A stretch of 46,616 nucleotides of DNA from Bacteroidales bacterium (GTDB lineage: Bacteria > Bacteroidota > Bacteroidia > Bacteroidales > UBA12077), in assembly GCA_028282585.1 (NCBI GenBank), contig JANQHR010000032.1, forward strand, positions 1-46,616. Reading direction: 5' to 3'. Below the pieces are notes generated by a model that saw only the letters and a program-made list of their open reading frames with translations, was not told where the DNA came from and searched no databases. This document shows, in pieces, positions 9,540-18,960 of the stretch (position 1 is its first letter; each line of letters opens with the position of its first letter). The position numbers were made by a program, and so were the translations under genes.

Positions 9540-12302
9540 ATGCTTAAAAAAATCAGTATTGTAATTTCAATCATCCTGGTTATAATTTTATTTTTTATTG
9601 GTTATCAGTATATTAAAAAACAACAACTTCCTGAATTTAATGTTTATAAACTGATTCCTACTGACGCAGCATTTATTATTGAGAGTAATGATTTTATAAA
9701 TAAAATTGATGAAATCAGAAATGAAAACAAAATTTGGGAAGAACTGGTTCAATTTTCCAGCGTAAAAGAATTTGATGAAAGTTTAAGCTTTATAACTAAG
9801 CTTTCAAATGAAAATCAAATTATAAAGGAGTTAACAAAAGATAACCAGATAATTTTATCTGCACATAAGTTAGGTAAAGAAGATTTGGGCTTTTTAATTT
9901 TTGTAAAGCTTCATAATACACGCGATAAGAAATTTATTCTTGAAACAATCGCAAATCTTATTAGTTCCGATAATAAGATTAATCGTAGAGATTATAATGA
10001 TGAAGAAATATATCAACTAAAGATAAACAATAAGGAATTAAATTTAGCTTTTATAAATGGAGTGATCTTATACAGTAATTCAACTTTATTAATTGAGAAC
10101 TCTATTAGACAAAAAGAACTAAGAACATCAATTTCTGATGATCAAGGTTTCAATCATGTAAGAAAAACAGCAGGTAAAAATGTTGATGCAAACATATATT
10201 TAAACCTTACTAAGCTTAATGAAATAATTTCTTTTACCTTAAATGATAAACAAAAAGACCTGATCTCTAAATTTTCGCATCTCGGGAATTGGGCAGAGCT
10301 TGATATTAATTTAAAGGATGATGCAATACTTTTAAATGGATTTACTTTTAGTAGTGATTCATTAAGCAATTATCTTAATATTTTTATGAAACAAGAACCC
10401 ATTGATCATGAAATGAACAATATCTTACCTTCGAATACGGCCTTATTTTTATCTTTAGGAATAAGCAATATAAATCAATATTTACTGGATTATAAAAATT
10501 ATCTTGAAAAACGAGGTATTAAAAACAAATATCAGCTGCAAGTTGATCAATTCAAAAATAAGTATGCAATTGATCTTGAAAAATTCTTTATAGATAATCT
10601 GGATGAAGAATTAGGAATAGTTGTAACGGATGAACCAAACAGTGATTTAGAGGAAAATACTTTCATTGTTGTTAGAACAAAAGGAAAAAGTATTGTCGAA
10701 GAAAATCTCAATTCACTTCTTTCAAAAATCGCAAATGCAGATAATATCAATAAATCACAACTAACCTCCAAAATTAGAATTGATAAAGAAACAACTTATA
10801 ATTCTTATAAATTACCATTTAACTCAGTATTCAAAACTTTCTTTGGCAATATTTTCCCTGAGTTTAAAAGTCCTTATGCTACTTTTATAGGGAATTTTAT
10901 GGTTATTGGCAATTCCAAAAATTCTATATCAAAATTTATTCATTCTAATGTTCTGAATAAAACATTAGAAAATGATATGAAATTCGAGATGTTTACCAAT
11001 TATTTATCTACTAAATCGAATTTCTATTTTTACACAAATATGTTTCGGTCACCGGTATATATTTCTGATTTTTTAAATTCTAATCTTAAGAAAGGACTTA
11101 AAGATAATATAGAGACATTTAAGAAGTTTCAAGCTTTTGCTGTTCAGTTTCAGCATAACAATAATATGATTTATAATAATTTATACTTACAATATATTCC
11201 TGAAATTAAAGAAGAAGCTGTTACCGTTTGGGAGAGCCATCTGGATACTTCTATTAAATTTAAACCAGTATTATTCACAAATCATTATAGCAAAGAAAAT
11301 GAGATTTTTGTTCAGGATTTAAATAACAAGATCTATTTAGTCAATAAAGTTGGAAGAATTCTCTGGAAATTGCAACTTGACGAAAAAATAAACAGTGAAG
11401 TTTACCAGGTGGATTACTATAAGAACGGGAAATTTCAGTTATTATTTAGTACAAAAAATAAAATTCATTTACTTGACCGAAATGGAAATTACGTTGAGCG
11501 TTATCCTGTTAAACTTCGTTCCGAAGCAACTGCCGGAATGTCTATGTTTGATTATGATAAAACTTTAGACTATCGCATCTTTGTTCCCTGCAAAAACAAA
11601 AATGTCTATTTATATAACATTGAAGGAAATCTGGTAAATGGATGGCAATTTGGACAAACTGATAGCTTCGTGACAAAACCAGTTCAGCATTTTAGAATTA
11701 AAACTAACGATTACCTCATATTTGCGGATAAAACAAGAGTATATGTTTTAAATCGTAGGGGGGAAGAAAGAATCCGCTTAAAGTCCCAGTTCTCTAAATC
11801 CAAAAATAATGTTTTCATTGCAGAGGTAGGAGAAAGAGATGAAAAATCGAGATTTGTTACAACGGATACATCTGGTTTGATCCGAATGATTTATCTTGAT
11901 GGAACCGTTGAATCTAAACAAATTCAAAATTATAGTCCTAACCATTATTTCGATTACAAAGACATTAATGCAGATGGTTTTAAAGATTATATTTTCCTTG
12001 ACAACCGTAAATTAGAAGTTTATAAACAAAATGGCTTGGAAATATTTGATTATAAATTTGATGAAGCTATTGACACTTCACCGGTTTATTACTACTTTTC
12101 ATATGATGATCGTAAATTGGGTATAGTTTCAAGATCAACAAACGAAATTTATTTATTTAATGGCGATGGAAGTATTTACGATGGATTCCCTTTAAAAGGG
12201 AATACTCCCTTTACAATTGGTTATTTGGAAAACTCTAGTAGTCAATTTAATTTAATAGTTGGCAATCAGTATAACTTTTTATACAATTATTCCGTAAATT
12301 AG
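9540..12302 (+). CDS. Large N-terminally anchored periplasmic protein, DUF3352-like region plus C-terminal beta-propeller
   Basis: One N-terminal TM; LIPTDAAFII and ILPSNTALF duplicated starts; C-terminal repeats VDYYKNGK, FDYDKTLDY, KDINADGFKDY, YDGFP (FG-GAP/PQQ-like). Confidence 0.65.
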   Translation: MLKKISIVISIILVIILFFIGYQYIKKQQLPEFNVYKLIPTDAAFIIESNDFINKIDEIRNENKIWEELVQFSSVKEFDESLSFITKLSNENQIIKELTKDNQIILSAHKLGKEDLGFLIFVKLHNTRDKKFILETIANLISSDNKINRRDYNDEEIYQLKINNKELNLAFINGVILYSNSTLLIENSIRQKELRTSISDDQGFNHVRKTAGKNVDANIYLNLTKLNEIISFTLNDKQKDLISKFSHLGNWAELDINLKDDAILLNGFTFSSDSLSNYLNIFMKQEPIDHEMNNILPSNTALFLSLGISNINQYLLDYKNYLEKRGIKNKYQLQVDQFKNKYAIDLEKFFIDNLDEELGIVVTDEPNSDLEENTFIVVRTKGKSIVEENLNSLLSKIANADNINKSQLTSKIRIDKETTYNSYKLPFNSVFKTFFGNIFPEFKSPYATFIGNFMVIGNSKNSISKFIHSNVLNKTLENDMKFEMFTNYLSTKSNFYFYTNMFRSPVYISDFLNSNLKKGLKDNIETFKKFQAFAVQFQHNNNMIYNNLYLQYIPEIKEEAVTVWESHLDTSIKFKPVLFTNHYSKENEIFVQDLNNKIYLVNKVGRILWKLQLDEKINSEVYQVDYYKNGKFQLLFSTKNKIHLLDRNGNYVERYPVKLRSEATAGMSMFDYDKTLDYRIFVPCKNKNVYLYNIEGNLVNGWQFGQTDSFVTKPVQHFRIKTNDYLIFADKTRVYVLNRRGEERIRLKSQFSKSKNNVFIAEVGERDEKSRFVTTDTSGLIRMIYLDGTVESKQIQNYSPNHYFDYKDINADGFKDYIFLDNRKLEVYKQNGLEIFDYKFDEAIDTSPVYYYFSYDDRKLGIVSRSTNEIYLFNGDGSIYDGFPLKGNTPFTIGYLENSSSQFNLIVGNQYNFLYNYSVN

Positions 12303-12318
12303 GTAATTATAAAATTTC

Positions 12319-14007
12319 ATGATTATGAACAAATTAAAGCTCTCCGGAATATTAAAAATTGTAATTCCACTTGCAATACTATTTTTATTGTATCAATGTA
12401 TGCAAGAGGAATATAATTTTGATAAGCTCGATGATGAAATAGAAATCGAAGGAGGTTTTTTAACTCCAATTGCTTATGGAACGCTAAATCTGGAAGATAT
12501 AATCAGTGAATTTGATAGTAGCAGTTACATAACCAGCGATCCGGATGGCCTATTAATGATAACTTATGAAGATTCTCTTTTTTCTTTTATCGCGGATGAT
12601 TTACTGGAAATACCATCAACAAATTTCATACAACATTTTATCAGATCCGATTTTACAATTTTACCCGGGTTTCCCGGATGGAACCCTGGAGATACTTTGG
12701 TTCTGGAGGAATCCGAGAAGTTTCCGTTTTCGTTCTCTCAGGAAGAAAGATTAGATAGCATGATTTTAGACGATGCTACGTTAAACCTAAGTTTATCTTC
12801 AGAATTTCAGCATACCGGAAATATTATACTGTTCAGTAATAACCTGAAAAGAAACAACATTCCTTATACTGATACTATTGTAATCGATGATCCCAGCGGA
12901 GGGTTTTCAACAAATAATTCTTCCAGCCTGGCAGGTTATACGATATATTTAAATGATTCTATTGGATCAGACTCTATGTTTTTAGAAATGGGCTTTAAAG
13001 TTGAACTTATAAATTCCGGAGCAGGAATAAATGCAGGAGAGGAAATTGAAATTAATGCGACCATCGATAATATTGACTTTGATGCAATCTTTGGTTATAT
13101 TGGAGATTATGAGCTGCTGACACAAATGGGAGATCTCGATCTTGGTTTCTTCGAAAATACATTGGATGGTTATATTCGATTTGAAAATCCTCAAATAAAT
13201 TTCAAATTAACAAATTCATATGGTGTGCCGGCAGCAGTGAGCATTTCCAATTTTACCGGTTTTAAAGGAGATACCGAATCTATACAATTAACATTTGATT
13301 CATCAATCGATACATTTGGTTATGCCTACCCTACCTTAACAGACTATATTAACAATGATATTTTTAAGGATACAACGATATCTATAAATGGTCAAAATTC
13401 AAATATTTCAGATTTCCTTGCTTTTCTTCCTTCAAGATTGGAATATAACTTATCAGCACAATCAAATCCGGATGGAGAATCAGGTTCTTATAATTTTGTT
13501 ACGGATGATAGTCAGATAGATGTAGATTTTGAATTTGTTTTACCACTTTGGTTTCAGGCAGATAGTTTTGCTTTAGAAGATACAATTGACCTCGATTTAG
13601 CAGATATTGATGAAGATGCTGATATAATTGAAAAGGTAAACTTTAAGCTTGAAGTTACTAATGGTATGCCGTTAGATATTGATTTCCAGGTATATTTTGT
13701 TGATGAAAATTACAATCATGTTGATTCAATGTTCTCAGAAAATTCGCAACCTGTTATTGGTTCTGCAATTATTAATGAAACAACAGGTGATGTTATAAAT
13801 TCCGGATCTAAAACTACCTTGGTTGAATTTACGGGCGATGAAATAACCAATTTAAATACAGTTAGATATGGAATAATTAGGGCCGGATTAAAAACACCTT
13901 CAGATTCAAATGATGAGTTAGTTTCTGTAAAATTCTATACTGATTATACGGTAGATTTTGAAATGAGTGTAGGCGTAGATATTAAGGCTAATTCTAAGGA
14001 CTTTTAA
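12319..14007 (+). CDS. Acidic beta-rich outer-membrane lipoprotein, unknown function
   Basis: Basic N-terminus, hydrophobic core, Cys27 followed by acidic MQEEYNFDKLDDE; the true start may be 12325. Confidence 0.7.
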   Translation: MIMNKLKLSGILKIVIPLAILFLLYQCMQEEYNFDKLDDEIEIEGGFLTPIAYGTLNLEDIISEFDSSSYITSDPDGLLMITYEDSLFSFIADDLLEIPSTNFIQHFIRSDFTILPGFPGWNPGDTLVLEESEKFPFSFSQEERLDSMILDDATLNLSLSSEFQHTGNIILFSNNLKRNNIPYTDTIVIDDPSGGFSTNNSSSLAGYTIYLNDSIGSDSMFLEMGFKVELINSGAGINAGEEIEINATIDNIDFDAIFGYIGDYELLTQMGDLDLGFFENTLDGYIRFENPQINFKLTNSYGVPAAVSISNFTGFKGDTESIQLTFDSSIDTFGYAYPTLTDYINNDIFKDTTISINGQNSNISDFLAFLPSRLEYNLSAQSNPDGESGSYNFVTDDSQIDVDFEFVLPLWFQADSFALEDTIDLDLADIDEDADIIEKVNFKLEVTNGMPLDIDFQVYFVDENYNHVDSMFSENSQPVIGSAIINETTGDVINSGSKTTLVEFTGDEITNLNTVRYGIIRAGLKTPSDSNDELVSVKFYTDYTVDFEMSVGVDIKANSKDF

Positions 14008-14018
14008 AAACCGAACCT

Positions 14019-15482
14019 ATGAATATTAAAAATCTAAAATTTGTTTCCATATTAATTGGTATTCTATTTTCGGGATATGTTAATGCACAAGACAGTCAAA
14101 CCTTATACCATATGGATAGGGTTCCACAGTCCACATTTATGAATCCGGCTATGCAACCAAAATGCAATGTATTTGTTGGATTACCCGTTATTTCTTCTTT
14201 ACAAATTGAAGCCGGTAATAACCGTTTAGCATTAACAGATGTTATCATGCAACATCCAACTAATGATTCTTTAATAACTTTTTTGCATCCTGATGCAGAG
14301 TTTGATAAAAATGATTTCCTTTCAAATATTAAAGAAAACAACTTTTTCTATAAAGACTTTAGAACTGATTTACTTTCGTTTGGCTTTAGAGTAAACACCT
14401 TTTATTTCTCGTTTAATTTATCGGAAAAATTTAATACAACAATAAACTACCCGAAAGATTTAATGGAATTAGCTTTATATGGAAACGAACCATTTATAAA
14501 TACGAATGCTGATTTAAGTTATTTAGGAGTTAATGCTAGCTTTTATCGCGAATATGGTTTGGGTGTTTCTAAAGAAATTAATGATATGATATCGGTTGGT
14601 ATTCGAGCTAAAGTTTTATTTGGACATGCAAACGTTTCTTCAACATACGAAGATAATAAACTAAATATGTATTCATCTAGTGATTCTCTTTATCTAGATG
14701 CAGATGCCGTTGTATATACCTCTTCCCCACTTATTGCAACAACAAATAGCGATGGTGATTTCGACGGATTTGAAATTCCGGGATATATCGAAGACTCTGA
14801 AACCGATTCCTTACTTGACCTTGCCTTTGCGCATAAGAATCTAGGATTAGGTATTGACTTTGGCGTACATATCAAACCAATAGAAAGATTGTCTCTTTCT
14901 TTAAGTGTAATAGATCTAGGCTATATTAAATGGGATGTGGAAGATGTAACCAAACTTGAACTGAAAGGAAGTTATGCCTTTAAAGGAGTAGATTTAAGTG
15001 ATGAAGTTGGAGAATCGGATTCGGATTCTGAACCTTTTGATGATATGTTGGATTCACTTGAAAATAGTTTCACTATTTCAAATACTGCCGAGTCTTATAG
15101 AACAACACTTGGCACAAAGATATACGTTGGTGCTAATTTTGCTGTATCTAAAAAATTTGATGTTGGATTTCTCTCCCGATCGTATTATTTTAATAATAAT
15201 TTGAATCAGGCTTTTACCTTTTCTGCAAATGTGAGACCTGTAAATGGAATTTCTGCAAGTTTAAGCTATTCTGTAATGAATGGTGCTTATAATAATGTTG
15301 GCTTTGGATTGGTATTGGGAGGAGCACCACTTCAACTATACATTATAACTGATAATGCTTCAGCGGCGTTGTGGGGTCATAAAACAACTTCAGTTAATTT
15401 CCGATTCGGCTTAAATGTAGCAATAGGTTGCAAGCAAAAAATAAAAAAGAAAGATACTCCATTACTGAAATCTGTGTTCTAA
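14019..15482 (+). CDS. DUF5723-like outer-membrane beta-barrel
   Basis: Signal peptide VNA|Q; MNPA motif; amphipathic strands; GLGIDFG, SVIDLGYIKW, QLYIITDN. Confidence 0.75.
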   Translation: MNIKNLKFVSILIGILFSGYVNAQDSQTLYHMDRVPQSTFMNPAMQPKCNVFVGLPVISSLQIEAGNNRLALTDVIMQHPTNDSLITFLHPDAEFDKNDFLSNIKENNFFYKDFRTDLLSFGFRVNTFYFSFNLSEKFNTTINYPKDLMELALYGNEPFINTNADLSYLGVNASFYREYGLGVSKEINDMISVGIRAKVLFGHANVSSTYEDNKLNMYSSSDSLYLDADAVVYTSSPLIATTNSDGDFDGFEIPGYIEDSETDSLLDLAFAHKNLGLGIDFGVHIKPIERLSLSLSVIDLGYIKWDVEDVTKLELKGSYAFKGVDLSDEVGESDSDSEPFDDMLDSLENSFTISNTAESYRTTLGTKIYVGANFAVSKKFDVGFLSRSYYFNNNLNQAFTFSANVRPVNGISASLSYSVMNGAYNNVGFGLVLGGAPLQLYIITDNASAALWGHKTTSVNFRFGLNVAIGCKQKIKKKDTPLLKSVF

Positions 15483-15510
15483 AGTTCTTAAGTTACCATA
15501 TATTACATAT

Positions 15511-15553
15511 AAATTCGACCACTATATTTTATCGGTCGAATTTTTTATTTTTT
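15511..15553 (+). terminator. Intrinsic terminator after the DUF5723-like gene
   Basis: AAATTCGACC (15511-15520) pairs with GGTCGAATTT (15534-15543), followed by a long T tract. Confidence 0.75.
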
Positions 15554-15710
15554 GGTTCGATTTATTAGCGCATACAAAGATCTATATGTTAACCTATTAA
15601 CTGATTAATAATTGCCCGAGTCTAAAGTTGTTTAAACTTTGGTCGAAATTTCTTCTTTTTTTTTTATAGAAAATTTATCTTTAATTTCTGTTAAACAAAA
15701 ACAACTCACT

Positions 15711-17297
15711 ATGAAAAGAATAACATTACTGTTAGTAGGTTTATTAAGCCTACCTTTTTTCTCTTACTCCGGAGGTATAGTTACTAACCAAAACCAAAGT
15801 GCCTCCTACATACGTATGTTTGCAAGGGACGCATCAATGGACATTGACGCGGTTTTTTATAATCCGGCTGGTTTAACCAAACTTGATGACGGATTTTATT
15901 TATCGTTAAATTACCAGTACATTTATCAAAACAGGCTTGTATCATCTGATTATATGCTATTAGATGGTGCTCCAAAAGAATATGAAGGAAAAGTAAGCGT
16001 TCCGGTTTTCCCTGGTGTTTATGCCGCTTATAAAACTGGAAAATTCGTAATTTCATTTGCATGGAACCCCGTTGGTGGTGGTGGTGGTGCCGAATTTGAC
16101 AATGGATTGCCAATGTTTGAAATACCAGTTGCTGACTTAGCCCAAACATATTCAACTGCTGGAGTACAAGGATATGGATTAAATGCATATTTTGAAGGTA
16201 CATCTGTCTATTGGGGTTACCAATTAGGGGCATCTTATAAAATAAATGATATGTTCTCAATCTATTTAGGAGGACGTTATGTTACAGCTAAAAATACATA
16301 TTCGGGATACTTAAATTCAATAACATTAGACGTAGGTGGAACTGAAATACCGGCAAGAACTTTTGTTGAATCTGTAAGTGATGACATTGAGGCATCTTCG
16401 GCAGGTTTAGCTGCTGCTATTCAAGGCGGTCTGATTCCAGGCGATGCGGCTTTTATGGATGCGACAGGAATTGCAACTCTCACTGGATTGGGTTTATACC
16501 AAACTGGAATGACAAATACTGAGGCTGCTGCTGCTTTGGGTACAGCTGCTGTTATTTTAGATGCAAACGCGGCATTGTTACGTGACCAAGAAGCAGATGT
16601 CGAACAAACCGGTTCTGGATTTACACCTATAATTGGTGCGCATATAACTCCAGTGGAAAATTTAAACATAGGTATTAAGTACGAATTTAAAACTGAAATT
16701 GAATTAGAAAATAATACTACGCAAGATTTCTATACAGGATTAGATCAAAGCTTACAAGAAATAGGTATGTTCCCTGATGGTGCAAAGGTTCGGGCTGATA
16801 TGCCAGCAATGTTCTCGATTGGAGTAGATTACAAAATAAACGACAAATTATCCGTTGCCGCGGGCTACCACACTTATTTTGACAAAAATGCTAATTATGG
16901 AAAAACAGTAGATGGTGTTCCGGTTGATAATGATGAGGTAATTGACAGAAACCTTAATGAACTTGCTTTAGGTTTTGAATATCAGGCGAGCGATAAATTA
17001 GCATTAAGTATCGGTTATTTATTTACTCAAACAGGCGTATCCGAAGAGTATCAATCTGGTTTAAGCTATAGTAACCACTCCAATTCAATTGGTTTTGGTG
17101 GTAAATATGCTATTACACCTAACATTGATGCAAATGTTGGTTTTGGATACACGTTATACAATGATATGCGCAAAGTTTACCAGGCAGAAGACCAGCTAGG
17201 AAATCCTACTTTCCAGGTTATAGAGGGGTATGATAAAGATAATTTCTTCTTAGCTTTCAGCCTTGATTTCAGTTTATGGGGCAAAAAGTCTGAATAA
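15711..17297 (+). CDS. OmpP1/FadL/TodX family outer-membrane transporter
   Basis: Signal peptide from ATG 15711; NQSASYIRMFARDAS...AVFYNPAGL hatch motif; barrel strands. Confidence 0.85.
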   Translation: MKRITLLLVGLLSLPFFSYSGGIVTNQNQSASYIRMFARDASMDIDAVFYNPAGLTKLDDGFYLSLNYQYIYQNRLVSSDYMLLDGAPKEYEGKVSVPVFPGVYAAYKTGKFVISFAWNPVGGGGGAEFDNGLPMFEIPVADLAQTYSTAGVQGYGLNAYFEGTSVYWGYQLGASYKINDMFSIYLGGRYVTAKNTYSGYLNSITLDVGGTEIPARTFVESVSDDIEASSAGLAAAIQGGLIPGDAAFMDATGIATLTGLGLYQTGMTNTEAAAALGTAAVILDANAALLRDQEADVEQTGSGFTPIIGAHITPVENLNIGIKYEFKTEIELENNTTQDFYTGLDQSLQEIGMFPDGAKVRADMPAMFSIGVDYKINDKLSVAAGYHTYFDKNANYGKTVDGVPVDNDEVIDRNLNELALGFEYQASDKLALSIGYLFTQTGVSEEYQSGLSYSNHSNSIGFGGKYAITPNIDANVGFGYTLYNDMRKVYQAEDQLGNPTFQVIEGYDKDNFFLAFSLDFSLWGKKSE

Positions 17298-17320
17298 TAT
17301 AAAATAATTTGGTTATTATG

Positions 17321-17350
17321 TGCTCTTCGATTAAATTGAAGGGCATTTTT
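17321..17350 (+). terminator. Intrinsic terminator after the FadL-like gene
   Basis: TGCTCTTCGA pairs with TTGAAGGGCA (two G-U pairs), then TTTTT. Confidence 0.65.
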
Positions 17351-17362
17351 AATTCTAATTCT

Positions 17363-18064
17363 ATGAAAAAAATTTTAACTCTACTAACAATTGTATTTCT
17401 TTTTTCCGTTCATGCAAATGCTCAGATTTTTATTAATCCTATTGCAGGAAAACAGAGTCATCCGGAATTAGAGATCATCAAAATTAATATTACCGATAAA
17501 GAAACAATAATCTTCTTGAAAGTAACTAACAAACTAAATCAGGGAGGGTGGTTTTGTGCCAATGAAAATATATATATTAAAAACTCAAAAGGAACGGAAA
17601 TTTATAAATTAATAAAATCAGACAATATTCCTACCTGTCCAAATCAATTTGAATTTTCGTACTCCGAACAAACTTTGGAATTTACACTTTATTTTCCACC
17701 TATTTCTAAAGAAATTACGTTTTTAGATTTAATAGAAAGTTGTAACAATGCTTGTTTTTCATTTAATGGAATTATTTTAGACAATGAACACAATGAGAAA
17801 ATAAGGGCTTTTGAAAAAGGATTTGATCTTTATAAACAAAAGCAAAACCAAGCTGCAATTCCGTATTTTGAAAAAGTAGTATCAAATAAAGTAACTCTTG
17901 ATTCGCATATTTATGGGCTTTCTTATTATTATCTAATCATAATTAATAATGAGTCAGGTAACCGAGAAAAAGTCGATTTTTGGTATCAAAATTTAGCTAA
18001 TTCTGAACTCGAAGATAAAAACACTTTTATTAAGGAACTGGAAAAATCTGGAATAAAAAAATAG
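17363..18064 (+). CDS. Secreted hypothetical protein with C-terminal TPR-like helices
   Basis: Signal peptide from ATG 17363 (ANA|Q); beta-rich domain with 4 Cys and LYFPPI..LDLIE; helical tail AAIPYFEK. Confidence 0.7.
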   Translation: MKKILTLLTIVFLFSVHANAQIFINPIAGKQSHPELEIIKINITDKETIIFLKVTNKLNQGGWFCANENIYIKNSKGTEIYKLIKSDNIPTCPNQFEFSYSEQTLEFTLYFPPISKEITFLDLIESCNNACFSFNGIILDNEHNEKIRAFEKGFDLYKQKQNQAAIPYFEKVVSNKVTLDSHIYGLSYYYLIIINNESGNREKVDFWYQNLANSELEDKNTFIKELEKSGIKK

Positions 18065-18092
18065 GTTCACATGGCTGTGAACCTATTTTTTT
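18055..18092. terminator. Bidirectional intrinsic terminator
   Basis: AAAAAAATAGGTTCACA-TGGC-TGTGAACCTATTTTTTT, a perfect inverted repeat between convergent genes. Confidence 0.9.
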
Positions 18093-18096
18093 ATTA

Positions 18097-18600
18097 CTAT
18101 GTAAAAATAATTTGTGATCCTTCGCCTCCTGCCATTGAATAAAAATCTCCAACTGTTATAATATCAATAACATGATCGCTTAAATCTTTTTTCTCTAATT
18201 TAAACATATCAACAGCTAATTTACAGGCATAGATTTCTCCGCCTCCGGCAGTTATCATATCTAAAAATTCATCAACCGGTGGTACATCAAGTGCATCCAT
18301 TTGCTTTTTCATCATTGATGAAACACCAGCCTCAACTCCTGGTAACATACCTAATAGTGAAGGGAAAGGTAATCCACCCGGCATACGCATTGCAGGATTT
18401 CCAACTGTTGCGGTATGTAATTTATTCATTCTTTTTTTAGTAATCGCGTCTAAACCAAAGAATGTAAAGAATAACTTAGCTTCCATTCCTTCCATAACGG
18501 CGCCATTTGCCATTACCAAAGCAGCATATACGTCCTCAATTGTACCTTTAGCACAAATGATAGCTACTTTTTTAACTTGAGTATCTTTTTTTTCTGCCAT
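18097..18600 (-). CDS. DsrE/DsrF/DrsH-like (DsrE2-type) sulfurtransferase
   Basis: LFFTFFGL, IYACKLA conserved Cys, ends in IIFT. Confidence 0.88.
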   Translation of the reverse strand: MAEKKDTQVKKVAIICAKGTIEDVYAALVMANGAVMEGMEAKLFFTFFGLDAITKKRMNKLHTATVGNPAMRMPGGLPFPSLLGMLPGVEAGVSSMMKKQMDALDVPPVDEFLDMITAGGGEIYACKLAVDMFKLEKKDLSDHVIDIITVGDFYSMAGGEGSQIIFT

Positions 18601-18616
18601 AATAAAAAGTCATTAA

Positions 18617-18922
18617 TTAAACACAACTTGTTGGTTTAGAAATACCTGCAATTTTAGAAGATAGCTTTAACGGCCCTCCTGGGAAAAGTTCATAGAATCC
18701 CTTAATATCGACTATACCAGATTTTCCAACTTTACGAATCGTTAGACTGTCTCCTGCGTTTTCACGGATAAATTTTAATACTTCGAAATGCTTTTCTGTT
18801 AATTCAATGCTTTCCTCCTTAGCTAATTCTTTTGCAATATCCTCGTTCCATTGAGATGAGTCTACCAAAAACCCCTCATCCGTTACTTCAAGGTTTACAC
18901 CTGCTATTGTTTTTTGTGCCAT
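18617..18922 (-). CDS. TusE/DsrC/DsvC family sulfur relay protein (single C-terminal Cys)
   Basis: DEGFL..W, LTEKHF, LFPGGP, KIAGISKPTSCV C-terminus. Confidence 0.9.
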   Translation of the reverse strand: MAQKTIAGVNLEVTDEGFLVDSSQWNEDIAKELAKEESIELTEKHFEVLKFIRENAGDSLTIRKVGKSGIVDIKGFYELFPGGPLKLSSKIAGISKPTSCV

Positions 18923-18960
18923 AATTATTGTTTTAATAGTTAATTATTATTTGTTTGAAA

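Noticed and set aside
15784-16260. 158-aa antisense ORF with a His run
   Set aside because: The HHHHH arises from the GGT repeat encoding poly-Gly in the FadL-like gene
15639-17362. ORF-track starts at 15639 and 17309 (also 3587, 9417, 42563, 43338)
   Set aside because: Downstream ATGs give canonical signal peptides or N-termini; the extensions run through terminators, promoters or the upstream gene
18091-18099. Stop-codon readthrough or selenocysteine in DsrE2
   Set aside because: The gene ends in tandem TAG TAA TAA; no in-frame TGA
18097-18922. Dissimilatory sulfate reduction or reverse-Dsr pathway
   Set aside because: No dsrAB or dsrMK in the window, and the DsrC-like protein lacks the second Cys
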